NCBI GenBank assembly: GCA_028683955.1
Contig: JAQUGR010000008.1
Span: 5,371-69,370, forward strand
Direction of reading: 5' to 3'
From: Bacillota bacterium
GTDB lineage: Bacteria; Bacillota; TC1
DNA length: 64,000 bases
This document shows positions 1 through 10,358 of this stretch, piece after piece. How positions within the stretch are numbered: the first letter of the stretch is position 1; the number at the start of each line of letters is the position of its first letter. The notes under the pieces were generated by a model. It was not told where the DNA came from. It saw only the letters and a list, made by a program, of their open reading frames with translations, and ran no database searches. The position numbers and the translations under genes were made by a program.

Positions 1-585
1 TTCATAATAAGGGCTTTCATGTTGATTAATTAAAATCCCATCATCTTTTAATGCATTATAGCAATTAGTATAGAAACTTTTTGTAAATAGTCCTTCACCT
101 GGTCCAATTGGATCAGTAGAATCTATTATTATAAGATCATATTCACTATTTTTCCTCTCAATAAAGGCTACTCCATCTTCAAAAAATAGATTTACTCTTG
201 GATCATCAAGTTGTGATGAAGTTATTGGCAAGTATTTTTTGCAAGCTTGAACAACCATTTCATCAATTTCTACCATGTCTATATTTTTTATGCTTTTATA
301 TCTAGTAAGTTCTCTTACAGTTCCACCATCACCACCACCAATGACTAAAATATTTTTAATCTCAGGGTTAACAGCCATAGGAATATGACTTATCATATCA
401 TGATATATAAATTCATCTTTTTCAGTTACCATCATAAGACCATCAAGTGTAAAAAATGTTCCAAATTCATCAGATGTAAAAAAATCTATATCTTGAAATG
501 GACTTTTATCATGATAAAGTTGTTCTTTTATCCTAATTGAAAATTTTACATTGTCTGTGTGATTTTCTGTATACCATAAATCCAT
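1..585 (-). CDS. speE: Spermidine synthase; 3' end cut by the window edge, N-terminal ~195 aa present
   Basis: My own translation of the minus strand from the ATG at 585 gives MDLWYTENHTDNVKF. Further on are IGGGDGG (nt ~331-350) and DLIIIDSTDPIGP (nt ~101-140). The ORF is missing from the supplied track because no stop codon lies inside the window. Confidence 0.9.
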   Translation of the reverse strand, partial: MDLWYTENHTDNVKFSIRIKEQLYHDKSPFQDIDFFTSDEFGTFFTLDGLMMVTEKDEFIYHDMISHIPMAVNPEIKNILVIGGGDGGTVRELTRYKSIKNIDMVEIDEMVVQACKKYLPITSSQLDDPRVNLFFEDGVAFIERKNSEYDLIIIDSTDPIGPGEGLFTKSFYTNCYNALKDDGILINQHESPYYE

Positions 586-594
586 AATAACCTC

Positions 595-1386
595 CTAATA
601 GTTTTTGCTGTAGAAAATTTCATACATTTCTTTTTTAATTTCTTTTATAATTTTATTTTTTTCCTTTAAAGCTAAGTCTTTTTCAGTTATATCAAATAAA
701 TATTCGTCAAGCACAAAATTCTTTAAAACCATTTTTGTGTGAAAAATATTTTCTTGATATACATTAACATCAATCATTTCATAATTATCTTTTATTTCTT
801 TAGGAATAAAATCTTGTATTGATGCTATTTTATGATCAATATAGAATTTTTTACCATTAAGGTCTCTTGTAAATCCTCTAACTCTATAGTCAATGCTAAT
901 AATATCTGAATCAAAGCTTTCAATCAAATACTTAAGAGACTTCAATGGTGAAATAGTGCCACATGTAGAAACATCAATATCAGCCCTAAAAGAAGATACA
1001 CCTTTTCTTGGATGACTTTCTGGATAAGTATGTACCGTTACATGGCTTTTATTTAAATGGGCAACTACATCTGTAGTTGGAATTACTCCAGCATTACATG
1101 AAGGATCAAGGAATTTTTTAGGTACTTTTTCTTCAGAAATCATAATAGTAACACTAGCACCTTCTGGATCATAATCTTGTTTAGCTATATTTAAAACATA
1201 AGCTCCAATAATTTCTGTTACATTTTTCAATATATTAGTTACACGTTCAGCATTGAATTGTTCATCAATATAAGCTTTATATGCATTTTGTTCTTCATTA
1301 TCTCTTGTATAACAAATATCGAAGATATTGAAACTTAAAGTTTTTGTCAAATTGTTAAAACCATATAATTTCATTTTATTAGCCAT
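595..1386 (-). CDS. speD: S-adenosylmethionine decarboxylase proenzyme, long E. coli-type form
   Basis: The 263-aa product aligns end to end with my memory of E. coli SpeD ([24 protein letters not shown] self-cleavage site, [22 protein letters not shown]). Confidence 0.93.
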   Translation of the reverse strand: MANKMKLYGFNNLTKTLSFNIFDICYTRDNEEQNAYKAYIDEQFNAERVTNILKNVTEIIGAYVLNIAKQDYDPEGASVTIMISEEKVPKKFLDPSCNAGVIPTTDVVAHLNKSHVTVHTYPESHPRKGVSSFRADIDVSTCGTISPLKSLKYLIESFDSDIISIDYRVRGFTRDLNGKKFYIDHKIASIQDFIPKEIKDNYEMIDVNVYQENIFHTKMVLKNFVLDEYLFDITEKDLALKEKNKIIKEIKKEMYEIFYSKNY

Positions 1387-2254
1387 TTATATACCCCCTC
1401 AAGTTATCGGAAATTATTAGAGCAAGTTCTCTAACTACTTTACATGCACAAGCTGTTGATACTCCGCTTAAATCTAGATTAGGCGCCAGTTCAACAATAT
1501 CAGCACCAACAATATTTAAGCCTTTTAAATTTTTAATACCTTCAATCATTTCATTAAAGGTTATTCCACCAGGTTCTTGTGTCCCTGTGCCTGAAAATAT
1601 ACTTGGATCTAATACATCTAAGTCAATTGTGACATATATTGGTTTTTCCCCTATTTGACTAGTTAAATCTGCCATTTTTTCAAGATTAAATAAATTAGGA
1701 ATACAATATTTATCAGAAAAATTAAATTCTTCTTTTGTTCCAGATCTAATACCAAATTGGTAAATACGCTTAGGACCTACTAAATCATAAATGCGTCTCA
1801 TGACAGTAGCGTGAGATAATTTATCTCCTTCATAATCATTTCGCAAATCCATATGTGCATCTAAATGAATTACTTGTAAATCGGGGTATTTTTCAAAAAC
1901 AGCTTCAGCCACTGGTAAAGTAACTAAGTGTTCTCCTCCGACCATAAATGGAACTTTGTTATCTGTTAAAATATTTTGAGTAAAAGATTTAATTTCATTT
2001 AAGACATCATCTAATGACATAACTTGCAGATTCAAATCTCCAACATCAATTATTTTAGTATCATCTTCTAAATCCATCTTTAAATATGGGCTATAAGTTT
2101 CCAAGCCAAATGAAGCTGTCCTAATTTCTTCTGGTCCTAATAAAGCGCCTTTTTTAAATGAGGCCGTTCCATCAAAAGGACAACCAAAATAAACAATTTT
2201 GGCCTCATGGTAACTTTTATCAAAAGACATAAATGTATTATCTATGTTTTTCAT
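1379..2254 (-). CDS. speB: Agmatinase (ureohydrolase family)
   Basis: Arginase-family metal motifs are present: [25 protein letters not shown]. It sits between speA and speD. Confidence 0.9.
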   Translation of the reverse strand: MKNIDNTFMSFDKSYHEAKIVYFGCPFDGTASFKKGALLGPEEIRTASFGLETYSPYLKMDLEDDTKIIDVGDLNLQVMSLDDVLNEIKSFTQNILTDNKVPFMVGGEHLVTLPVAEAVFEKYPDLQVIHLDAHMDLRNDYEGDKLSHATVMRRIYDLVGPKRIYQFGIRSGTKEEFNFSDKYCIPNLFNLEKMADLTSQIGEKPIYVTIDLDVLDPSIFSGTGTQEPGGITFNEMIEGIKNLKGLNIVGADIVELAPNLDLSGVSTACACKVVRELALIISDNLRGYING

Positions 2255-2260
2255 TCTAAT

Positions 2261-3700
2261 TTAACTCCCTAAAATCAATATAGTTTCCAATTTAGGATCA
2301 TCTGTCCCTGTTAATACACAATCTTGCTTTTGCAAGAAATCAATATATTCTAAAACCTCTTTTGTAATTTTTTCTCCTGGTGCAACAATTGGAATACCAG
2401 GTGGATAAGCCATAACTGATTCACCTGCGATTTCTCCGATTGAAGAAGATAATGGTACAGACTTTTTATTAGCATAATAGGCTTCTCTAGGAGTTACCAC
2501 CATATGTGGTCTACTCCATAAAAAATCTGTTTTTATGACTTTATCTATTTTGTATATCTTTCTAATATCAATTAATGCATCAATTAATATATCCATATTA
2601 ATTCTAGTATCACCTATACTAACTATAGCCATAATAGTATGGATATCACCTAGTTCTACTTGAATATTATAACTATCTCTTAATATATCATAAACTTCTA
2701 TTCCAGTTAAACCTATGTCTGATACTTTTATTGATAATTTTGTTAAATCTAGGTCAAATATACCTGGTTGACCAATAAGTTCTCTTCCTAAAACATAATA
2801 GTCTCCAATATTATTTATCTTATTACGAGCATATTCGCTTAACTCTATAGCTTCATCCAATAATTCTTTACCGCTATTTATTAGAACTTCTCTAGCTACA
2901 TCCAAACTAGACAATAATAAATATGAAGGGCTTGTTGTCTGAGTTAGCTCTATAGTTCTTTGAATTATATGAGTATCAATATGCCTCCTATGAGCTAGTA
3001 AAACGGAGCTTTGTGTTAATGATCCACCAGTTTTATGCAAACTTACTGCGGACATATCAGCTCCAACTGACATAGCACCTAAAGGTAAGCTATCATTAAA
3101 ATAGAAATGTGAGCCGTGTGCTTCATCACAAAGAAAAATCATGTTGTGAAGTCTAGTTAATGATATTATTTCTTTCAAATCACTTGTTGCACCGTAATAT
3201 GTTGGATTTATGATCAAGACTGCTTTAGCATCAAGATTATTATTAATTGCATTTTTCACGCCATCAACAGTTACCCCATGTGCAATACCCAGTTTATCAT
3301 CGATTACGGGTTCTACATATACAGGCATAGCACCAGATAAAATTAATGCATTTATAGCAGATTTATGAACATTACGTGGTAAAATAATTTTATCACCAGG
3401 TTTTAGAACTGACATAATCATATTTTGAACGCCTGCAGTAGTTCCATTAACCATAAGAAAAGCATCTTCAGACAAAAATGCTTTTGCCATTAATTGAGAT
3501 GCTTCCTTTATTACACCTGTTGGTGTACCAATCATATCTAAGGGTTTAGCAGAACTTGCATCTAATTCAATTAACTTATGATTAAAAAAATCTTTTAACA
3601 ATTCAGTTTTAGGGTTTCTTTTATGCCCAGGCACATCAAAATGTACTTTCTTAGATTTTACATATTTTAACAAAGCATTATAAATTGGCATGTTATCCAT
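2261..3700 (-). CDS. speA: Arginine (Orn/Lys/Arg family) decarboxylase, PLP-dependent
   Basis: The 479-aa product has the fold-I Orn/Lys/Arg decarboxylase layout and the PLP lysine motif SLHKTGGSLTQSS. It is similar to Bacillus SpeA and lies in a polyamine operon. Confidence 0.85.
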   Translation of the reverse strand: MDNMPIYNALLKYVKSKKVHFDVPGHKRNPKTELLKDFFNHKLIELDASSAKPLDMIGTPTGVIKEASQLMAKAFLSEDAFLMVNGTTAGVQNMIMSVLKPGDKIILPRNVHKSAINALILSGAMPVYVEPVIDDKLGIAHGVTVDGVKNAINNNLDAKAVLIINPTYYGATSDLKEIISLTRLHNMIFLCDEAHGSHFYFNDSLPLGAMSVGADMSAVSLHKTGGSLTQSSVLLAHRRHIDTHIIQRTIELTQTTSPSYLLLSSLDVAREVLINSGKELLDEAIELSEYARNKINNIGDYYVLGRELIGQPGIFDLDLTKLSIKVSDIGLTGIEVYDILRDSYNIQVELGDIHTIMAIVSIGDTRINMDILIDALIDIRKIYKIDKVIKTDFLWSRPHMVVTPREAYYANKKSVPLSSSIGEIAGESVMAYPPGIPIVAPGEKITKEVLEYIDFLQKQDCVLTGTDDPKLETILILGS

Positions 3701-4295
3701 TTTCTATATTTTCCTCATCTAAATATTCATCCATTTTGTCTAACAATTCATCAATACCTGTTCTATCTAAAGTTGAACAAGGAACTATAGAATCATAATC
3801 TACTCCAAGTGTTTCTTTTATTACTTTTAAGTATTTTGCTCTTTGTCCTCTACTAATTTTATCTGCTTTTGTAACAGCTACTAAAAATGGAATATCATAA
3901 TGTTTAATAAATTCCAGCATATTCTCATCACCTTTAGATGGTTTATGTCTAATATCAACTAAAATAATTATAACTTTCAATTCTTCTCTATTAATTAAAT
4001 ACTGTTCCATCATTCTTCCCCAACTGGCTTGTAGGTCTTTTGGAACTTTTGCATAACCGTATCCTGGTAAATCTACAAAATAAAAACTGTTATTTATAAG
4101 AAAATAATTTATAGTTCTTGTTTTACCTGGATTACCACTAGTCTTTGCAAGTTTTTTATTATTAGTTATAAGATTTATTAATGATGATTTACCCACATTA
4201 GATCTTCCTACAAAGGCAATTTCTTTAATACCTTCAGTTGGATATTGATCTCTTGCTACTACTGTTGTAAAAAATTCTGCTTGTTTAATTAACAT
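3693..4295 (-). CDS. engB: Ribosome biogenesis GTPase YsxC/EngB
   Basis: G1 motif GRSNVGKSSLIN, DLPGYGYA and TKADK are present. It keeps the conserved position after lon. Confidence 0.92.
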   Translation of the reverse strand: MLIKQAEFFTTVVARDQYPTEGIKEIAFVGRSNVGKSSLINLITNNKKLAKTSGNPGKTRTINYFLINNSFYFVDLPGYGYAKVPKDLQASWGRMMEQYLINREELKVIIILVDIRHKPSKGDENMLEFIKHYDIPFLVAVTKADKISRGQRAKYLKVIKETLGVDYDSIVPCSTLDRTGIDELLDKMDEYLDEENIENG

Positions 4296-4296
4296 T

Positions 4297-6648
4297 TTAT
4301 ACCAATGCCTTTTCTAGAACTTCATCGAAGCTCTCCACTAGGATAATTTCAATTTTTTCTCTAACTTCAATTGGAATTTCCTCAATATTTTTCTCGTTTG
4401 CTTTTGGTAATATTACTGTTTTAATACCTTCTTTAAAAGCCGCTAAAACTTTTTCTTTAACTCCTCCTATTGGAAGAACATTACCTCTGATTGTTATTTC
4501 ACCAGTCATAGCTATATCTTTTCTTATTTTTTTCTTTAGAAAAATCGATGCTATTACTGTACCCATTGCAATACCTGCAGATGGACCATCTTTTGGTATC
4601 GCACCTTCAGGAACATGAATATGTAAATCCAATTCTAGTTCTTCTAAACTAGACTGAATAATATTTTTGGATTTTAAATAACTTATTGCAGCTTGTACTG
4701 ATTCTTTCATAACATCACCTAGTTGGCCGGTAAGCATTAATTTTCCTTTACCTTTATAAATTGTTGCTTCAATAATTAGCACATCTCCTCCAAAGGAAGT
4801 AACTGCTAATCCATTAACAACACCAATATCAGTTTTCCTCTTAGCAACATAATCATTAACTTTAGGTATACCTAAATAATGAGATACATCCTTTGATGTT
4901 ATGTTTATACTTATAAATTTATTGCTTAAAATATCAACTGCTATTTTTCTTAAAAGTGATCCAATTTCTCTTTCAAGGTTTCTTACTCCACTTTCTCTTG
5001 TGTAATTCCTAATTATCTTCATTAAAGCGGTATCTTGAATTTTAATTTGATAGTCTTCTAATCCATTAGCTGCTATTTGTTTTTTGAATAAATGTCTTTT
5101 TGCTATCTCTTTTTTTTCTTTTTCAGTATAACTAGATACTTTTATAATCTCCATTCTATCTCTTAATGGAGCAGGAATGGTATTTAAAGTATTTGCTGTA
5201 GTTATAAATAAAACTTCACTTAAATCAAAAGGTATTTCTATAAAATGATCAGTAAATGAATTGTTTTGTTCAGGATCAAGCGCTTCTAATAAAGCAGCTG
5301 ATGGATCCCCTTTATAATCAGCTCCAATTTTATCAATCTCATCAAGTAAAATTATTGGATTCTTTGTTCCTGCTAACTTCATGCTTTGTATTATTCTGCC
5401 TGGTAATGCTCCTACATAGGTTCTTCTATGTCCTCTTATTTCAGCTTCATCACGAACTCCACCTAAAGACATTCTTATGAATTTTCTATTTATTGCGTCA
5501 CCGATGCTACTCGCCAAGGATGTTTTACCTGTCCCTGGTGGTCCTACAAAACATAGTATTGGTGCTTTACCTTTACCTTTAATCAGTTTTTTAACTGCTA
5601 AGTATTCAATTATTCTATCTTTAACTTCTTGAAGACCAAAATGTCCATCATCAAGTACTTTTTTCACTTTTTCTATATCAATGTATTCATCAGTTCTTTT
5701 GTTCCAAGGTAAGTCTAAAAGCCATTCTATATAATTTCTTATAACAGCACCTTCAGTCATATTTGGATGCATAATTTCTAATCGATCAATTTCTTTCTTG
5801 ATTTTGTCATATACACTTTCCGGATAATCTCCTTGAGTAAGTCTCTCTCTAAGTTTATCGATTTCTTCTTCATAATCGACTTTTTCATTAAGTTCTTTTT
5901 TTATAACCTTAATTTGCTCACGAAGGTAATATTCTTTTTGAGCTTTATCAATACTCTCTTTTACTTTTTCGCCGATTTCTTTTTCTAACTCGATAAGATT
6001 CTTCTCAACTGATATCATGCTCAATACTGTTTCTAACTTTTCTTTTAAATCATTCATTTCTAAAACTTTTTGTTTTTCTGTATAATCTACCATTAGATTA
6101 GAAACAATTAAATCAGCAATTGTATTTGGATTATTAATATTTTTTATCTTTAAAATGTTTTCATTTGAAAAATTCACATTCATGTCAGAAAAATCACTAA
6201 AGTCATGAAGTATTAGTCTGTTCAATGCCTTTATTTCTAATCCTTGATCATTTAGTGGATCATCTAATAAGACTACTTTACCTTCAAAATGTGTTTTACT
6301 TTGATATATTTTTTTAAGTTCTCCCCTAGCAGAAGTTTCAATTAACACCCTGACAATTCCTGTAGGTAACTTCATAATCTGTTTTATTTCAGCAAATACA
6401 CCAATTTTATATAAATCGTTAATTGTTGGATCTTCAATCATAGTATCTTTTTGTGCTACTAGAAATATTTTTTTCTGATTATTCATCCCTATATTTAAAG
6501 ACTCTATTGATTTTGGTCTTCCTACATCTAAATGAATAGTTGTTTTAGGAAAGATAACCATACCTCTTAAAGGTAAAATTGCAATCGGATCCAAACTTAA
6601 AAAGTTTACAGGATTATCTTCATAAAATTCTACAAAATTATCACTCAT
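4297..6648 (-). CDS. lon: ATP-dependent Lon protease
   Basis: The 783-aa product has Walker A GPPGTGKTS, the catalytic Ser motif DGPSAGIAM and the Lys motif GGVKEKVLAA. Confidence 0.97.
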   Translation of the reverse strand: MSDNFVEFYEDNPVNFLSLDPIAILPLRGMVIFPKTTIHLDVGRPKSIESLNIGMNNQKKIFLVAQKDTMIEDPTINDLYKIGVFAEIKQIMKLPTGIVRVLIETSARGELKKIYQSKTHFEGKVVLLDDPLNDQGLEIKALNRLILHDFSDFSDMNVNFSNENILKIKNINNPNTIADLIVSNLMVDYTEKQKVLEMNDLKEKLETVLSMISVEKNLIELEKEIGEKVKESIDKAQKEYYLREQIKVIKKELNEKVDYEEEIDKLRERLTQGDYPESVYDKIKKEIDRLEIMHPNMTEGAVIRNYIEWLLDLPWNKRTDEYIDIEKVKKVLDDGHFGLQEVKDRIIEYLAVKKLIKGKGKAPILCFVGPPGTGKTSLASSIGDAINRKFIRMSLGGVRDEAEIRGHRRTYVGALPGRIIQSMKLAGTKNPIILLDEIDKIGADYKGDPSAALLEALDPEQNNSFTDHFIEIPFDLSEVLFITTANTLNTIPAPLRDRMEIIKVSSYTEKEKKEIAKRHLFKKQIAANGLEDYQIKIQDTALMKIIRNYTRESGVRNLEREIGSLLRKIAVDILSNKFISINITSKDVSHYLGIPKVNDYVAKRKTDIGVVNGLAVTSFGGDVLIIEATIYKGKGKLMLTGQLGDVMKESVQAAISYLKSKNIIQSSLEELELDLHIHVPEGAIPKDGPSAGIAMGTVIASIFLKKKIRKDIAMTGEITIRGNVLPIGGVKEKVLAAFKEGIKTVILPKANEKNIEEIPIEVREKIEIILVESFDEVLEKALV

Positions 6649-6667
6649 GTTTATCTCTCCTTACAAG

Positions 6668-6691
6668 AAAAGCAACAGTAGTCTGCTGCTT
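6668..6691 (-). terminator. Possible partial terminator or attenuating hairpin between clpX and lon
   Basis: The minus strand reads AAAGCAGCAG-ACTA-CTGTTGCTTT. This is a 10-bp stem with one G-U pair, followed by TCTTGT. The T-tract is weak. Confidence 0.35.
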
Positions 6692-6698
6692 TTAATTC

Positions 6699-7946
6699 TT
6701 AAGATATTTTCTTTTTACTTAATATTGGTTTCGCACCATGTCTTACTACATCTTCAGTTATTTCACATTCAGTTATACTCGGCTTAGATGGGATGTCATA
6801 CATAACATCAGTCATAATATGTTCCATTATACTTCGTAAACCTCTTGCACCTGTTTTTCTCTTTAAAGCTTCTTCTGCTATTGCTTTAATAGCTTTTTCA
6901 TCCACTTTTAAATTTACATTATCATATTTTAATAATAATTCGAATTGTTTTAACAATGCATTTTTAGGTTCTTTTAAAATCCTTATTAGAGCTTTTTTAT
7001 CTAAAGGTTCTAAAGTTGTAATGACTGGTACTCTACCAATGAATTCTGGTATCAGTCCGTATTTTAAGATATCGTCTGGTTGTACATCATTCAAGGCGTA
7101 TTTAGTTTCTTTTTTAACACTTTGATTCATATTGTTACCAAAACCTAACAAACCTTTACCTGATCTATTCTCGATAATTCTTTCTAAACCGTTAAAGGCA
7201 CCACCACAAATAAATAAAATATTTTTAGTGTCAATTTCTATGTTTTCCTGTTGAGGATGTTTTCTTCCGCCATTTGGTGGCACCGTAGCTACCGTTCCTT
7301 CAATAATTTTCAGTAAAGCTTGCTGAACACCTTCACCAGAAACATCTCTTGTTATCGAAACATTTTCTGATTTTCTTGCGATTTTATCAATTTCATCAAT
7401 ATAAATGATTCCTTTTTCAGCAAGATTAACATTATAGTCTGCTGCTTGAATTAATCTTAATAAGATATTTTCCACATCATCACCAACATAACCTGCTTCA
7501 GTTAATGTTGTAGCATCTGCTATTGCAAAAGGAACATTAAGATATTTTGCCAATGATTGAGCTAACAATGTTTTCCCACTACCAGTTGGTCCAATTAAAA
7601 GAATATTAGATTTTTGCAATTCTATTTCATTGTTATTGATGTCTTGATTAGAAAACAATCTTTTATAGTGATTATAAACTGCCACTGATAAAACTTTTTT
7701 TGCTCTATCCTGGTTAATTACATATTGATCTAAATAACCTTTAATCTCTTGTGGCTTAGGTAGTTTTTTAAAATCTAGTTCAACTTCATCTTCAACTTCA
7801 TCTTCATTGCGAGAAACAATTTCCATGCATAGTTCTACACATTCGTTACAAATAAACACTCCTGGTCCAGAGACTAGTTGATCTACTTCAGTCCTATGCT
7901 TTCCACAAAATGAACAATACAATCCATCTTCTTGGTTTTTTTCCAT
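6699..7946 (-). CDS. clpX: ATP-dependent Clp protease ATP-binding subunit ClpX
   Basis: N-terminal zinc ribbon CSFCGK...CNEC, Walker [10 protein letters not shown], and the IGF-loop region LGFG. Confidence 0.97.
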   Translation of the reverse strand: MEKNQEDGLYCSFCGKHRTEVDQLVSGPGVFICNECVELCMEIVSRNEDEVEDEVELDFKKLPKPQEIKGYLDQYVINQDRAKKVLSVAVYNHYKRLFSNQDINNNEIELQKSNILLIGPTGSGKTLLAQSLAKYLNVPFAIADATTLTEAGYVGDDVENILLRLIQAADYNVNLAEKGIIYIDEIDKIARKSENVSITRDVSGEGVQQALLKIIEGTVATVPPNGGRKHPQQENIEIDTKNILFICGGAFNGLERIIENRSGKGLLGFGNNMNQSVKKETKYALNDVQPDDILKYGLIPEFIGRVPVITTLEPLDKKALIRILKEPKNALLKQFELLLKYDNVNLKVDEKAIKAIAEEALKRKTGARGLRSIMEHIMTDVMYDIPSKPSITECEITEDVVRHGAKPILSKKKIS

Positions 7947-7955
7947 ATTTTCTCC

Positions 7956-8537
7956 CTATTTCCTTTGACCAAAAACATCGTCGATAATTCCATATTCCTT
8001 GGCTTCAAGAGAAGTCATAAAATAATCTCTATCAGTATCTTTTTCAATTCTTTTTAATGTTTGGCCTGTATTTGAGGCTAATATCTCATTCAATCTTTTT
8101 TTAATTGCCATTATTCTTTTAGCCTGAATATCGATATCAGCAGCTTGACCTGCAGCACCACCAGAAGGCTGGTGAATCATTATTTCTGAGTTTGGTAATG
8201 CAAATCTCTTTCCTTTTGTTCCAGCACTAAGTAAGAAGGCTCCCATACTAGCTGCCATTCCTACACATATAGTGGAAACATCAGGTTTAATATACTGCAT
8301 TGTATCATAGATAGCCATGCCAGCAGTTATAGCACCACCTGGGCTATTAATATATAGACTAATATCTTTACCTGGATCTTCACCTTCAAGAAATAATAAT
8401 TGAGCAATTACTAAATTAGCTAAATTATCATCAATTTCAGATCCTAAAAATATTACTCGGTCTTTTAGTAATCTGGAGTAAATATCAAAAGATCTTTCAC
8501 CAGCACTTGTTTGTTCTACAACCATAGGTATTAACAT
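7956..8537 (-). CDS. clpP: ATP-dependent Clp protease proteolytic subunit
   Basis: The 193-aa product has the Ser-His-Asp triad contexts [14 protein letters not shown] and DTDRDYFM. Confidence 0.97.
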   Translation of the reverse strand: MLIPMVVEQTSAGERSFDIYSRLLKDRVIFLGSEIDDNLANLVIAQLLFLEGEDPGKDISLYINSPGGAITAGMAIYDTMQYIKPDVSTICVGMAASMGAFLLSAGTKGKRFALPNSEIMIHQPSGGAAGQAADIDIQAKRIMAIKKRLNEILASNTGQTLKRIEKDTDRDYFMTSLEAKEYGIIDDVFGQRK

Positions 8538-8555
8538 ATTTGTTCCTCCCTATTT

Positions 8556-9860
8556 TTATTTTTCTTCCTTAACGTCTGTTATTTCTGCTTTATCAAGTAT
8601 ACTTTGAAGAGCTTTTTCTCTTTTTATACCTTTTGAAAGCATTTTAGTATTTTCAGGTGCTTGGAAATACGTTTCTAACATAGCTTTGTCTTGTCCATAA
8701 ATTTGTGATATCGCATTTATTTCTTTTTCTAGGTCAGCAGGAGTTACTTCGATTTTTTCAGCCATAGCAACTTCATCTAATAAGATATCTCTCTTTATAT
8801 GTTTTTCTGCATTAGCTCTATATTCTGATCTAACTTTTTCTTCAGTCATTCCTGTTAGTTCAAAATATTTTTGTAAATCCATACCTTGTTGTTGTAAATC
8901 ACCTTCAATATCTTTTAAGAACTGATTAGTTCTTTCTTCAATCATAATTTCAGGAACTTCAACTTCAAGTTTTTCAATTGCTAAGTCTAAAGCTTGTGCT
9001 CTTAAAGCATTATCAGCTTGTTGTTGTTTTTGATTAGTAACACTCATTTTTACATCGTTTCTTAATTCTTCTAAAGTATCAAAATCACTAACTTCTTTAG
9101 CAAAGTCATCATTTAATTCAGACAATTTTTTTCTTTTTACTTCATGAGCTAGAACTTTAAACACACTTTCTTTGCCTTTTAAGTCTTCACTGTGATATTC
9201 ATCAGGAAACTTGACATTAACTTCTCTATTTTCTCCTGCTTTTATACCAACTAATTGTTCTTCAAAACCTGGTATAAATGAATTAGAACCTAATTCTAAT
9301 GGGAACTTAGAACCAGTTCCACCATCAAATTTAACTTCATCAACATAACCTTCAAAATCAATTACTACAGTATCTCCATTTTCAGCTGGATCTTCAACTG
9401 TTTCTATTTTTGCAGTTTTAGTTCTCATAGCTTCTATTTCATTATCAATATAGGTTTCATCTAAGTTTATTAATTTTCTTTCTAGTTTAAGGCCTGTATA
9501 ATCTCCTAAAATACCTTTAGGAACTAATTGTAATTCTACAGTAAATACAGCTGGTCCTTTTTTTTCAAAAGATACTATATCAACTTTAGGTCTATCAATA
9601 GGATCTAAGTCTAAATCTAGTAAAGCTTGACTATAAGCTGCTGGTAACATAATATCCATAGCTTCTTCAATAATACTACCTTCACCTACGTGTTTTGATA
9701 ATATTTCTGCTGGCACTTTGCCTTTTCTGAATCCAGGTACAGATACTTTTTGTCCTAGGTTTTGTGACGCCTGTTTATAGGCTTTTTCAACCTCTTGACC
9801 ATCAACAGTTATTTCTACTGTTACTATATTTTTTTCTTGATTAATAATTTTACTTGCCAT
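8556..9860 (-). CDS. tig: Trigger factor
   Basis: The 434-aa product has the ribosome-binding motif GFRKGKVP and an FKBP-type middle domain. It lies upstream of clpP-clpX. Confidence 0.95.
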   Translation of the reverse strand: MASKIINQEKNIVTVEITVDGQEVEKAYKQASQNLGQKVSVPGFRKGKVPAEILSKHVGEGSIIEEAMDIMLPAAYSQALLDLDLDPIDRPKVDIVSFEKKGPAVFTVELQLVPKGILGDYTGLKLERKLINLDETYIDNEIEAMRTKTAKIETVEDPAENGDTVVIDFEGYVDEVKFDGGTGSKFPLELGSNSFIPGFEEQLVGIKAGENREVNVKFPDEYHSEDLKGKESVFKVLAHEVKRKKLSELNDDFAKEVSDFDTLEELRNDVKMSVTNQKQQQADNALRAQALDLAIEKLEVEVPEIMIEERTNQFLKDIEGDLQQQGMDLQKYFELTGMTEEKVRSEYRANAEKHIKRDILLDEVAMAEKIEVTPADLEKEINAISQIYGQDKAMLETYFQAPENTKMLSKGIKREKALQSILDKAEITDVKEEK

Positions 9861-9890
9861 TTTAAGACTCCCTTCATTTTCTAATTAATA

Positions 9891-9919
9891 ATTATACAAT
9901 ATTTTTATGAACCTAACAA
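9891..9919 (-). promoter_or_regulatory. Sigma-A type promoter for tig
   Basis: The minus strand reads TTGTTA, a 17-nt spacer, then TATAAT, ending about 30 nt upstream of the tig ATG. Confidence 0.5.
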
Positions 9920-9930
9920 CTTTAAAAAGA

Positions 9931-9960
9931 AAATACCTCGAATTGGAATTCGAGGTATTT
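9931..9960. terminator. Intrinsic terminator hairpin after the tRNA cluster
   Basis: Inverted repeat AAATACCTCGAATT / AATTCGAGGTATTT, flanked by A and T runs. It begins 6 nt after the tRNA-Gly 3' end. Confidence 0.75.
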
Positions 9961-9965
9961 TTCTA

Positions 9966-10040
9966 TGGAGCGGAAGACGGGATTCGGACCCGCGACCCTC
10001 TCCTTGGCAAGGAGATACTCTACCACTGAGCCACTTCCGC
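9966..10040 (-). tRNA. tRNA-Gly (anticodon GCC), CCA encoded
   Basis: The reverse complement is GCGGAAGTGGCTCAGTGGTAGAGTATCTCCTTGCCAAGGAGAGGGTCGCGGGTCCGAATCCCGTCTTCCGCTCCA. It folds as a cloverleaf with anticodon loop CTTGCCAAG. Confidence 0.93.
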
Positions 10041-10044
10041 GACG

Positions 10045-10130
10045 TGGTGCGGATGAAGGGACTTGAACCCCCACGATCTTACTCACTAGAGCCTAAATCT
10101 AGCGCGTCTGCCAATTCCGCCACATCCGCA
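10045..10130 (-). tRNA. tRNA-Leu (anticodon TAG), long variable arm, CCA encoded
   Basis: The reverse complement is GCGGATGTGGCGGAATTGGCAGACGCGCTAGATTTAGGCTCTAG... The anticodon stem CTAGA/TCTAG encloses the loop TTTAGGC. A class II variable arm is present. Confidence 0.9.
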
Positions 10131-10132
10131 TC

Positions 10133-10208
10133 TGGTGATCCATCCGCGACTCGAACGCGGGACACCCTGATTAAAAGTCAGGTGCTCTACCGACTGAGCT
10201 AATGGATC
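10133..10208 (-). tRNA. tRNA-Lys (anticodon TTT), CCA encoded
   Basis: The reverse complement is GATCCATTAGCTCAGTCGGTAGAGCACCTGACTTTTAATCAGGGTGTCCCGCGTTCGAGTCGCGGATGGATCACCA. Confidence 0.93.
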
Positions 10209-10212
10209 ATCT

Positions 10213-10288
10213 TGGGGTGGATGATGGGATTTGAACCCACGACAACTAGTACCACAAACTAGCGCTCTACCACTGAACTACACCCACC
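10213..10288 (-). tRNA. tRNA-His (anticodon GTG) with extra 5' G(-1), CCA encoded
   Basis: The reverse complement is GGTGGGTGTAGTTCAGTGGTAGAGCGCTAGTTTGTGGTACTAGTTGTCGTGGGTTCAAATCCCATCATCCACCCCA. Confidence 0.9.
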
Positions 10289-10315
10289 ATGTCTGCGCCC
10301 TTAAGCGCAAGAATA

Positions 10316-10344
10316 ATTATATACTTTTTAATAATATATTTCAA
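10316..10344 (-). promoter_or_regulatory. Sigma-A type promoter for the tRNA cluster
   Basis: The minus strand reads TTGAAA, a 17-nt spacer, then TATAAT, about 28 nt upstream of tRNA-His. Confidence 0.55.
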
Positions 10345-10358
10345 GTCTATTTTTAAAA

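Noticed and set aside
10293-10310. A short hairpin TGCGC-CCTTAA-GCGCA between the rubredoxin-fusion gene and tRNA-His, considered as a terminator.
   Set aside because: The stem is only 5 bp and no U-tract follows on the minus strand. It lies downstream of the predicted tRNA promoter, so it is more likely part of the tRNA precursor leader.
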